The position numbers and the translations under genes are program-made. From assembly GCA_964360255.1 (NCBI GenBank), contig CAYHVK010000004.1:8595-72594 (forward strand): a stretch of 64,000 bases of DNA, given 5' to 3'. This stretch comes from an uncultured Pseudobdellovibrionaceae bacterium. GTDB taxonomy: Bacteria > Bdellovibrionota > Bdellovibrionia > Bdellovibrionales > UBA1609. Positions 48,481-56,430 of the stretch are shown in pieces. The notes under the pieces were generated by a model. It was not told where the DNA came from. It searched no databases and was given only the letters and a program-made list of their open reading frames with translations. How positions within the stretch are numbered: the stretch's first letter is position 1; every line of letters begins with the position of its first letter.

Positions 48481-49656
48481 TTAAAGGTTTTTTGATTTCT
48501 CATCAAAACGAAAAAGTGGAGCTTCTGATGGATAGCAGACGACTCCGTATCCCCGATCAAGCTCCATCACACTATCAGGCTGATTATGCACAAAATCAAA
48601 CTGCCCGAGATATTCTCCTGTCACCGCATCGTAATCATTAATATCGATAACCATCTTAATTCTTCTATTTAAAACATAAGAGCCTGACCAACTGAATGTT
48701 CCGATCTCATCAAGATCACCTAAAATATTATAGGCCTCAGTATAAAAATCTGTCTTTTCTGACACAAATTTCTCTGACCAATAAGGTATCCGCATAGCTT
48801 TGTACTTAAGATTAACTTCGTACATATTATGTAAACCCACCCGACCATCACCTTTTACTCGTGTCAAAATTAACTGCTGCGGCACCAAAAAACGAGGCGC
48901 AGACTTTGAGCGCTCCCCTCTCCATGTTGTGTAGCAGACGAGCTGCTTTGGCATGCGATAAAGTGTTTTAAAGCGCTTTCGATAATCTTTTGCCACCATA
49001 GGATAATCTAACCAAGGCACGGCTAACTGGCTGAGTACATCTTCTGAAAAACTACGTGGATCAGACAACGCTTTTGCCATAACAGCCACTTGCGAGCGAA
49101 TTTCAGTGGTATTGTAACCGGGTCGATCACGTAATGCTAATAAGGTCTCATGAAGCTCAAGATAAAACCAATTATCCGTCGACAACTTGTCCATTCCGTC
49201 GGTTAAGTAAACTATGCCAGTCTTAAGATTCTGAAAGGCAATTTGAATTTTTTTGCACCCTTTAGGGACAGCACTCATCGAGATAAAATCATCCGGATAA
49301 TCTGCAAGCTTCTGATGACCACGTCTCTGAAAAATAATCGTATTTCTGATATGCGATAGCAGAGTGCCAAATGCAATTTTTTGATCTTGTAAATAAGGAT
49401 GTCTATAGAGCTTCTCGGGATAGAGTTCATTAATAACTTCAGCCGCGTACTTAAAGCTCATCGCGCCATGACCTTTTATGCGATTAAAAAATCCTGACTT
49501 CTCAAGCTTATAAGTATCAGCTAAATAGATCTTTTCGCCAGATTGAGCGTTTTGATCTGGACAAATAAATCCTTTACCTCCACCACCACCTTCATTACCG
49601 CCTTTGGCAAATGATGCTGATAAAACAAGACTTAAGATTAAAGTGAGATTTCTCAT
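48481..49656 (-). CDS. Secreted hypothetical protein (391 aa)
   Basis: Signal peptide (SFA/K) and a Gly5 tract. It starts 11 nt after the regulator gene with an AAAGG RBS. Confidence 0.6.
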   Translation of the reverse strand: MRNLTLILSLVLSASFAKGGNEGGGGGKGFICPDQNAQSGEKIYLADTYKLEKSGFFNRIKGHGAMSFKYAAEVINELYPEKLYRHPYLQDQKIAFGTLLSHIRNTIIFQRRGHQKLADYPDDFISMSAVPKGCKKIQIAFQNLKTGIVYLTDGMDKLSTDNWFYLELHETLLALRDRPGYNTTEIRSQVAVMAKALSDPRSFSEDVLSQLAVPWLDYPMVAKDYRKRFKTLYRMPKQLVCYTTWRGERSKSAPRFLVPQQLILTRVKGDGRVGLHNMYEVNLKYKAMRIPYWSEKFVSEKTDFYTEAYNILGDLDEIGTFSWSGSYVLNRRIKMVIDINDYDAVTGEYLGQFDFVHNQPDSVMELDRGYGVVCYPSEAPLFRFDEKSKNL

Positions 49657-49667
49657 GATATTACCTT

Positions 49668-50408
49668 TTAGTTTTCTACTTCAGTTACAGGATAAAGTTG
49701 TAAAGCGAAATGAAACACTGAATCGCTTTCTTCATCTTCTAAAAAAGCGCAGAGCTCGCGTCTAAATTTTTTAATTTTTTCTTTTGCGGCTTTTAACTTT
49801 TTAGAATTCGCCGCTATGGTCATTGAGGTTATATCTTTGCGTTCTTGTGGGCACTGATCTACGGCCTGTAAAGCCTTCGTAATCACCTGACGTTGATATT
49901 CTTTTAATGCCGCTGAAGTCACACCCTCTCTATAATTAGAGTAGAATTGGCTCCCCTTACAAAGCCGACCCTCTTTTTGCACTAACAAACCCAAGCGTAG
50001 CATTCGATCAATGGCCATTTGCGCTTCATGAATTTGGATATTGAGTTTGCGTGCGATCCATTTTACGTCAGACTTAAAAGTTTTTAAAAGTGCCAAATCA
50101 AGAATAGCAAAATGATACCAATCCGATATAACAGCAAAACTATCCAGATCGAGAGTTGAAAACTCGCTCTGCACACCTTCTCCCGTACCGAGATCAGGCA
50201 AACCCATTTTTCTATACAGAAGATTTATTTTAAAATCTGTAAGTTTGCGTTTCCCAGATAATATCTGGGATAAGGTTGAAGAGTTAATTCCTAGTTGCAA
50301 TGCAAATGCGCGAATAGAGTAACGCTCATTCGCTCGTACACGACGAGAGAATTCTTCTTGCAGGCGAATACGAAACTCAGAATTTGTACTGTCTTTAGTT
50401 CTTTGCAC
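49668..50408 (-). CDS. TIGR02147-family (DUF4423) putative HTH regulator
   Basis: YSIRAFALQLGINSSTLSQILSGKRKLT is an HTH-like segment typical of this family. GTG start. Confidence 0.65.
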   Translation of the reverse strand: MQRTKDSTNSEFRIRLQEEFSRRVRANERYSIRAFALQLGINSSTLSQILSGKRKLTDFKINLLYRKMGLPDLGTGEGVQSEFSTLDLDSFAVISDWYHFAILDLALLKTFKSDVKWIARKLNIQIHEAQMAIDRMLRLGLLVQKEGRLCKGSQFYSNYREGVTSAALKEYQRQVITKALQAVDQCPQERKDITSMTIAANSKKLKAAKEKIKKFRRELCAFLEDEESDSVFHFALQLYPVTEVEN

Positions 50409-50443
50409 GCACTCTTCATATCAGACTTTTTAACAGACTCGAC

Positions 50444-50474
50444 ATGAATTTGCCGCAATGTGCGGCAAATTCAT
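50444..50474. promoter_or_regulatory. Perfect 14-3-14 inverted repeat, probable operator
   Basis: ATGAATTTGCCGCA-atg-TGCGGCAAATTCAT, 36-66 nt upstream of the regulator's GTG start. Confidence 0.55.
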
Positions 50475-50505
50475 AAAAACGTGAAAAAAATTCGCATTGA
50501 CCCCA

Positions 50506-50904
50506 TCATATCCTCGGCTGACGATCATCGTGCCGCTCACCCTCATAAGCATCATCAATGGCTCTTACCGATCTCTCCATCTGTTGAACCAGATCAACTT
50601 TGCCGTCGAGAAACTCTTCGGATAAGTCTTGCGTTTCAATTCGGCTATGGGCAGGGCCGACTAAGCCACTGCGGTCGCTCGAAACTCCTCTGTCATCATC
50701 TTCAGTCAAATGAGGCGAGGACATAAGGTGCATGGAGGACTCGTCTACATCCCCAAGAACCGCTGCCTCATCTTGTGAGTCGCCGTCAAAGTTTTCTTTT
50801 TCATTTCCACCAGGAGGATTTTCGCCCCGGCCGGTGTACACTCTAGACCCATCTGAGTCTGTTTTTTTTGCCTGTAATACGTGGAGATAGTTTTGTTTAA
50901 TCAT
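50506..50904 (-). CDS. Acidic, Ser/Asp/Gly-rich probably disordered protein
   Basis: ATG start 48 nt after the upstream gene. No signal peptide and no motif. A competing plus-strand ORF exists. Confidence 0.4.
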   Translation of the reverse strand: MIKQNYLHVLQAKKTDSDGSRVYTGRGENPPGGNEKENFDGDSQDEAAVLGDVDESSMHLMSSPHLTEDDDRGVSSDRSGLVGPAHSRIETQDLSEEFLDGKVDLVQQMERSVRAIDDAYEGERHDDRQPRI

Positions 50905-50952
50905 GACCCTTTACTGTGCAAGCAAGAGGCCACGATTTAACGCAGGACCGAT

Positions 50953-51588
50953 TTACTTGCAGAGTTCGCCAGATTCAATACGTGCGGCAATTTTGCGGGC
51001 TTGGTGGGCAAAGCGACCATAATAATTAAAGATCGGCTGTGTGCCATTTTTCTTATGTTGAGACGCTCGGCTGCGTGAACGTCCCACTAAATAAGCCGAA
51101 CAAATCAGACCCGGAGACTTTGAAATATCAAAACCAAAGTCAGAGTAATCAATAATTGTATTCTCAATTAATTGAGCCATGTAAAGCGCAGCGATTTTTG
51201 GAGTGAGCAAATCAGAGATAATCTTTTGATCAGTGACAGGCTCATCATATAGTTGTTTGGCTAGTGGACGCGCTGTTGAAAGCTTAATCTGCGCGAAACC
51301 TAATGACGGATCATCATAAATTCCAAGCGCGGCGGCGACATCAACAAAATCATCGGTGGTATTTTTAAGAAAAGTGTATTCAGCAATTAAGCAAGCAAAG
51401 AAGGGCTGAGCCGAGAGACTTGAAAGCTGCGCTGCTGTGATAATATCAGTTCTGTATTTACAAATCTTTTTAATTGTCGCTCGCGCCACCACTTTTGGTG
51501 CCGGGAATGGAGCCTCAATAGCCGCATGAACCGGAAGAGCCAAAGCCAGAGTTAAAACCAGAGTTAAAGAGCGCATTTCATCCTTCAA
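50953..51588 (-). CDS. Secreted hypothetical protein, weak lytic-transglycosylase-like motif spacing
   Basis: Signal peptide (VHA/A). E70, GFAQI at 97-101 and AYLVG at 165-169 loosely recall the E-S / GLMQ / AYNxG motifs. Confidence 0.5.
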   Translation of the reverse strand: MKDEMRSLTLVLTLALALPVHAAIEAPFPAPKVVARATIKKICKYRTDIITAAQLSSLSAQPFFACLIAEYTFLKNTTDDFVDVAAALGIYDDPSLGFAQIKLSTARPLAKQLYDEPVTDQKIISDLLTPKIAALYMAQLIENTIIDYSDFGFDISKSPGLICSAYLVGRSRSRASQHKKNGTQPIFNYYGRFAHQARKIAARIESGELCK

Positions 51589-51660
51589 TTTTTGAAGGTT
51601 AGAAATGCGCCTGACTCAAGATTGAGTCAAGCGTTCGAGTAAAAGTTATAGAGAGAGGGT

Positions 51661-53208
51661 TTAATTATTTAGAGCACCAGCGGCGATCCAGGCGCGAATA
51701 GCTTCGTATTCTGTAGCACTAAGTTTCGCGCCGCCAAGAGGCATGTTCCCACCCGCACCTGTCGATTGATAAAGCTTAGAGCTGCCTGCATTACCTGCGC
51801 TTACAGTTTTCATTGTTTCAACGTATGTATTATAGCGAATATTGCTATAGGCCACCGCAGCTCCATGACAACTTGTACATTTCGGGCCCAAAATATTAGC
51901 CGAGATGTAAGAGAACTTTGCCATCGGATTCGCCACCACATTATTTACGGTTGCTGTTACGTTTGTTGAGTTCGTCATATTACCTGCAGCATCGAAAGCT
52001 CGAGCGGCAAAAACGTGTGAAGCATTTGTCAAAGTTGTCGTATCTAAACTCACAGCATAAGGAGCCGTTGTATCTGGTGCTCCGAGAGCCGCACCATCAA
52101 GATAGAACTGCACTCGTACAACAGCTACGTTATCAGCTGCGTTCGCTGTTACATTCACCGTACCCGTCAAATTCGCCGCTGCGGCTGGAGCGGTTAAGCT
52201 CACCGTCGGAGCTATCGTATCAGCAACAGGGTTGTTCACTGTCACGTTGACATTAGCCGACGTCGCCATGTTACCGGCAGCATCGTAAGCTCTTGCCGTA
52301 ATAATATGAGCGGCATTTGTTAATGAAGAAGTATTAAGACTCACTGAATACGGCGCGGTTGTATCTTGTGCACCTGAAATCACTCCGTCTACATAAAACT
52401 GAACATATGCAACGGCGACGTTATCTAGCGCATTAGCCGTTAAATTCACGGTGCCGACTAATACGGCTCCACCAACTGGACTTGTTACATTCACAACCGG
52501 GACTTGTGTATCTGGCGCTGGAGCATTACTCACATTGATCACTACGGCATCATCACCAAAGTTACCAGCGGCATCAAATGCCCGCACGCCGATAGTGTGT
52601 GAACCATTCGCTAAAGTGAGAGTGTTCAAGGGCAATGAATAAGGTGAAGTCGTAAGCTCTGTCCCAAACAATTTATTATCTACATAGTATTGTAGACGGG
52701 TCACAGCCACATTATCGCTAACCGTCGATACAAGATTAATTGTGCCTGTAACGGTCGCACCCGCTAATGGTTGATTGAGATCGGCTATCGGCTTTTCAAT
52801 ATCACCTAATTCATCAGACCAATCCTGAATATTCTGTTGAATAGTGGCTGCCATAGTCGTACCAAAGCCATTGTGGCCGCCTGAAATTTTTTGTACAAAT
52901 TTTGAGAGCGCCGGATTATTTAAGTCGACAAGGTTATATTGCTGAATAGCTGCAAACGCCTCTGAAGGGTCAACGACTGCAAACATGGGAGACTGCGCAG
53001 CACTGTGACATGAAGCACAGTTCGTGCGAAGGGTCGGTTGCAAAGTTTTTGCGAAGATATCTCGTGACTTTGTGTCTGGAAGAACGCTCTGACCACTTGA
53101 AAACTGGTCAGTAAAGTTCGCCTCGAAAGGTTCGGCGCAGTTTTGGTAAAAGAAAAGTACCAAACTGAGACACATAAACCGTAAAATCACTTTACTCTTT
53201 TTAGACAT
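51661..53208 (-). CDS. Secreted protein: CxxCH module + 3 Ig-like repeats + CxxCH module
   Basis: The ATG at 53208 is preceded by GGGGGA. CASCH lies near the N-terminus. CTSCH...GNMPLGG...EYEAIRAWIAAGA lies at the C-terminus and is planctomycete-cytochrome-c-like. Three repeats of about 95 aa lie between them. Confidence 0.7.
   Translation of the reverse strand: MSKKSKVILRFMCLSLVLFFYQNCAEPFEANFTDQFSSGQSVLPDTKSRDIFAKTLQPTLRTNCASCHSAAQSPMFAVVDPSEAFAAIQQYNLVDLNNPALSKFVQKISGGHNGFGTTMAATIQQNIQDWSDELGDIEKPIADLNQPLAGATVTGTINLVSTVSDNVAVTRLQYYVDNKLFGTELTTSPYSLPLNTLTLANGSHTIGVRAFDAAGNFGDDAVVINVSNAPAPDTQVPVVNVTSPVGGAVLVGTVNLTANALDNVAVAYVQFYVDGVISGAQDTTAPYSVSLNTSSLTNAAHIITARAYDAAGNMATSANVNVTVNNPVADTIAPTVSLTAPAAAANLTGTVNVTANAADNVAVVRVQFYLDGAALGAPDTTAPYAVSLDTTTLTNASHVFAARAFDAAGNMTNSTNVTATVNNVVANPMAKFSYISANILGPKCTSCHGAAVAYSNIRYNTYVETMKTVSAGNAGSSKLYQSTGAGGNMPLGGAKLSATEYEAIRAWIAAGALNN
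51940..52791 (-). repeat. Three tandem coding repeats of about 285 nt (Ig-like domains)
   Basis: Protein repeats share G-T-V-N-L/V-x-A-x-A-x-D-N-V-A-V-x-x-V-Q-F-Y-V/L-D-G...TAPY-x-V-S-L-x-T...AGN. Repeats 2 and 3 are roughly two-thirds identical by eye. Confidence 0.8.
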
Positions 53209-53396
53209 AATTCCCCCATCAACGTGTACTTGATGATAGTATTGCAAATATTCTGCCTAGCCTTCTCGGTTGAAATGCCGAATCAGTGGATAGGTATTTT
53301 GCACTGTCTGATAATCAATCAGTTTTCATTCCGAGCGATTTCGTCTCAAAACTAAACGTTTTTAGGTATCTACAAGCTTTTGAAACTTCTATTGAT

Positions 53397-53411
53397 ATAG
53401 ATAAAAACTAT
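53397..53411. promoter_or_regulatory. OxyR-type half-site candidate upstream of ahpC
   Basis: ATAGaTaaaAaCTAT fits ATAGnTnnnAnCTAT. More ATAG/CTAT elements lie at 53389-53392 and 53455-53473. Confidence 0.3.
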
Positions 53412-53506
53412 ACAAAGAAAATTATTATCGATTTTACATAATACTAAGTCGGGCCTATCTTGAAATAGACTATTGCACTTACTTAGCAACAAAAAAGGAG
53501 ATTCTA

Positions 53507-54076
53507 GTGGCTACTACATTAATCAATACAAAAATCCCTGACTTCAAACTTCAGGCTTATCATAACAACGATTTCGTGAGCGTGACTCAAGAGAAACTAA
53601 AAGGAAAATGGTCGATTTTCTTTTTCTATCCTGCTGACTTCACATTTGTTTGCCCCACTGAACTTGGTGACATGGCTGACAAATATGCTGAATTTCAAAA
53701 AATGGGGGTAGAAGTTTACTCGGTGAGCACAGACACTCACTTTACCCACAAAGCCTGGCACGATGCTTCGGATACAATTAAGAAAATCAAGTACCCGATG
53801 TTAGCCGACCCAACAGGTCATTTGACCCGCGCTTTAGGTGTGCACATCGAAGAGGAAGGTCTGGCTTACCGCGGAACTTTCTTGGTTGATCCGAACGGTC
53901 AAATCAAAATTGCAGAAGTGCAAGACAACGGTATCGGCCGCAATGCCGATGAACTTGTTCGCAAAGTGAAAGCCGCTCAATACACGGCTTCTCACCCAGG
54001 CGAAGTTTGCCCAGCTAAATGGCAACCAGGTGACAAGACATTGAAACCAGGTCTTGATCTCGTTGGTAAAATTTAA
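53507..54076 (+). CDS. ahpC: Alkyl hydroperoxide reductase subunit C (2-Cys peroxiredoxin)
   Basis: Peroxidatic Cys context FTFVCPTEL and resolving Cys context EVCPAKW. GTG start 6 nt after AAAGGAG. Confidence 0.95.
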   Translation: MATTLINTKIPDFKLQAYHNNDFVSVTQEKLKGKWSIFFFYPADFTFVCPTELGDMADKYAEFQKMGVEVYSVSTDTHFTHKAWHDASDTIKKIKYPMLADPTGHLTRALGVHIEEEGLAYRGTFLVDPNGQIKIAEVQDNGIGRNADELVRKVKAAQYTASHPGEVCPAKWQPGDKTLKPGLDLVGKI

Positions 54077-54088
54077 TCTTCAAATGAC

Positions 54089-54115
54089 GTCCGCAGCGAA
54101 TTTTTCACTGCGGAC
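54089..54115 (+). terminator. Intercistronic hairpin between ahpC and ahpF (attenuator candidate)
   Basis: GTCCGCAG-11 nt-CTGCGGAC, followed by ACTTTCTCC. Confidence 0.4.
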
Positions 54116-54150
54116 ACTTTCTCCTAACTGACTTTTCGTGGGAGGCCCAT

Positions 54151-55734
54151 ATGCTCGATACATCTCTTAAAGAACAGCTCAAAACAGTCTTTGAAAAATT
54201 AGAAAATACGGTTGAACTGGTGATCGCCAACAGTTCTCACGCCGATCAATCAGATCTCGTTTCTATGCTCAATGATGTGGCCTCTACTTCTAATAAGGTG
54301 ACGGTTCGCCACTCTGAGGCCACCACCGCTTCACCGCAATTTCATATTGAATACAAAGGTCGTCCTAACGGCATTATCTTTCGTGGCATCCCAGGCGGTC
54401 ATGAATTCAGCTCGCTCATTTTAGCTATTTTAAATTCGGACGGAAAAGGCAAACTCCCCGATGCTGTGCTCACTCAGCGCATTCGCCGTTTAAAGAAAAA
54501 TATCGCGGTTAAAACTTTTATGTCTCTCACTTGTGAAAACTGCCCTGAGGTGGTTCAAGCACTCAACCAAATCACCGTCATTCATGGAAGTTTTAAACAT
54601 GAAATTATTGATGGTGGTTACGCTCCTGAAGAAGTTGAAAAATATGGCATTCAGGGTGTACCAAGTTTAGCGAATGCCGATAAAATGTTTCATTCAGGTC
54701 GCATCACCTTACTTGATTTGATCTCAAAACTTGAAGCCACTTATGGAGTGGATGAATCTGCAGAAGAGGCTCCTCCTATAGAGAAAAATTTAGGGCATTT
54801 TGATGTACTGATTGTGGGCGGTGGCCCAGCCGGCGCTTCAGCAGCTATTTACAGCGTTCGTAAAGGTCTTAGCACAGCCATGATCACCGATAAAATTGGA
54901 GGCCAGGTGCAAGAGACAAAGGGTATCGAGAATTTGATTTCGGTGCAATACACTGAAGGGCCGCAATTGGCGGCTCAGCTTAATCAACACGTCAATTCTT
55001 ATCCGGTGCGCGTGCTTGAAAATCGTCGGGTGAATAAAATCACTGGTGATTTGACAAAAGCCCAGCAGAAAAAAACTGTTGAACTTGAAAGCGGGGAATT
55101 TTTAACAACCGACTCAATTATTGTGGCGACAGGTGCAAAATGGCGCGAGCTCAATATTCCGGGAGAAAAAGAATACATTGGCCGTGGTGTGGCCTTCTGC
55201 CCACACTGTGATGGTCCGTTTTATAAAGGTAAAAAAGTTTCAGTTATTGGTGGCGGCAATTCAGGAGTTGAAGCGGCTATCGATTTGGCTGGCATTGTGG
55301 GCGAAGTCATTCTGCTTGAATACAACGACACTTTAAAAGCCGACAAAATATTAGTGGATAAACTTTTATCACTGAAAAACGTCAGCGTGATGACGGGTGT
55401 AAAAACAGAAAAGTTTATTGGCGATGGACAGAAAGTCCGCTCACTTGAATACTTCAATCGTAAGACTGAAAAAATTGAAACTCTTGAGCTGGATGGCGTG
55501 TTTATTCAAATTGGTTTAGTGCCTAATAGTCAGTTCTTGAAAGATACAGTTAAACTGACAAAGTTCGGTGAAATCATTGTAGATGAAAAGGGCCGCACTT
55601 CTGCTCCGGGTATTTATGCTGCAGGTGATGTAACGACGACTCCTTATAAGCAGATTATTATCGCCATGGGTGAAGGCGCCAAGGCTGCTCTCGCAGCCTT
55701 TGAAGATCGCATGTATCACATATCTGCAACTTAA
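54151..55734 (+). CDS. ahpF: Alkyl hydroperoxide reductase subunit F
   Basis: N-terminal CENCPE redox pair, FAD motif GGGPAGASAA, and the CPHCDGPF redox centre. Confidence 0.95.
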   Translation: MLDTSLKEQLKTVFEKLENTVELVIANSSHADQSDLVSMLNDVASTSNKVTVRHSEATTASPQFHIEYKGRPNGIIFRGIPGGHEFSSLILAILNSDGKGKLPDAVLTQRIRRLKKNIAVKTFMSLTCENCPEVVQALNQITVIHGSFKHEIIDGGYAPEEVEKYGIQGVPSLANADKMFHSGRITLLDLISKLEATYGVDESAEEAPPIEKNLGHFDVLIVGGGPAGASAAIYSVRKGLSTAMITDKIGGQVQETKGIENLISVQYTEGPQLAAQLNQHVNSYPVRVLENRRVNKITGDLTKAQQKKTVELESGEFLTTDSIIVATGAKWRELNIPGEKEYIGRGVAFCPHCDGPFYKGKKVSVIGGGNSGVEAAIDLAGIVGEVILLEYNDTLKADKILVDKLLSLKNVSVMTGVKTEKFIGDGQKVRSLEYFNRKTEKIETLELDGVFIQIGLVPNSQFLKDTVKLTKFGEIIVDEKGRTSAPGIYAAGDVTTTPYKQIIIAMGEGAKAALAAFEDRMYHISAT

Positions 55735-55736
55735 CT

Positions 55737-56117
55737 CTAGGATTCGCTGATAATGTTCTCACCTGTGGACCCACCCGCATTTTCTGCGAGCCACAGATCG
55801 AGCTCAGGATTTGAGCCTAAAAAGCGCACCCCTGCATAGTATTGGCCGTCCACTTTTAAGCGGTAAACAATTTCGCCTTTTACAAAAATGAAGTCTTTGT
55901 TAGGTAGAAAAAATCGAAGTTCTAAAGTTTGATGCATAATGGGTAAATTATTTGTGCGAAGAAGCATTCCGCCCTTACTGATTTGAACGGCGGTCTCAAA
56001 AAGCAAAGTATAGTGATTCGCAACCGCTACATGCAGAGATGTTTTAAAGCGCTTATGGCGCCGGCGATGCACAAAATCTTGCCCAGTTTGGTCTTCCATA
56101 ACTAAATAGAATTGCAA
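55737..56117 (-). CDS. PilZ domain protein
   Basis: RRRHKRF (RxxxR) and QISKGGMLL (D/NxSxxG-like) motifs. The tracked start is TTG; an ATG lies at 56099. Confidence 0.65.
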   Translation of the reverse strand: MQFYLVMEDQTGQDFVHRRRHKRFKTSLHVAVANHYTLLFETAVQISKGGMLLRTNNLPIMHQTLELRFFLPNKDFIFVKGEIVYRLKVDGQYYAGVRFLGSNPELDLWLAENAGGSTGENIISES

Positions 56118-56430
56118 AATGCGTTCACTTTCAGATACTCGGGGTCCCCTTGAAATAACTGCATTTTTTGTGCCTCACTTTAAGAAAATCTGAGATGTTT
56201 TGTCGAAGCTCTATACGCTGCCTGATTCTTCAACAAAAAAAGTGAAAAAACTCATTTAGAGTTTAAAAGCCTTTAAACGGTAAAATCTAAGCAAAATTCA
56301 ATATCCGGGTGAAACCTTATCTTAACAAATAATTCGCTCTCTACCTAAGTCGGTTGGGACCTAAGACGAAAAGAGGTCGATGATTTCGTCCTCACCAGAA
56401 TGAAAAACGGAAATTTGTCAAAATAGAGAG

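Noticed and set aside
50460-50726. 88-aa plus-strand ORF opposite the acidic-protein ORF
   Set aside because: It starts inside the palindrome, has no RBS, and runs against the transcription direction of the whole array. It is kept only as a caveat on the 50506-50904 call.
51612-51629. Palindrome TGACTCAA-ga-TTGAGTCA between two minus-strand genes
   Set aside because: The stem is short with a 2-nt centre, there is no U-tract, and no second copy was seen. It could be a weak terminator or chance.
53209-53247. TTG-initiated 13-codon extension of the Ig-repeat protein
   Set aside because: The ATG at 53208 has a GGGGGA RBS and begins a proper signal peptide.
53271-53285. GAAATGCCGAATCAG as a third copy of the operator half-site
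   Set aside because: It matches only about 10 of 13 positions, with a gap, to ATGAATTTGCCGCA. That is too weak to claim without a genome-wide motif model.
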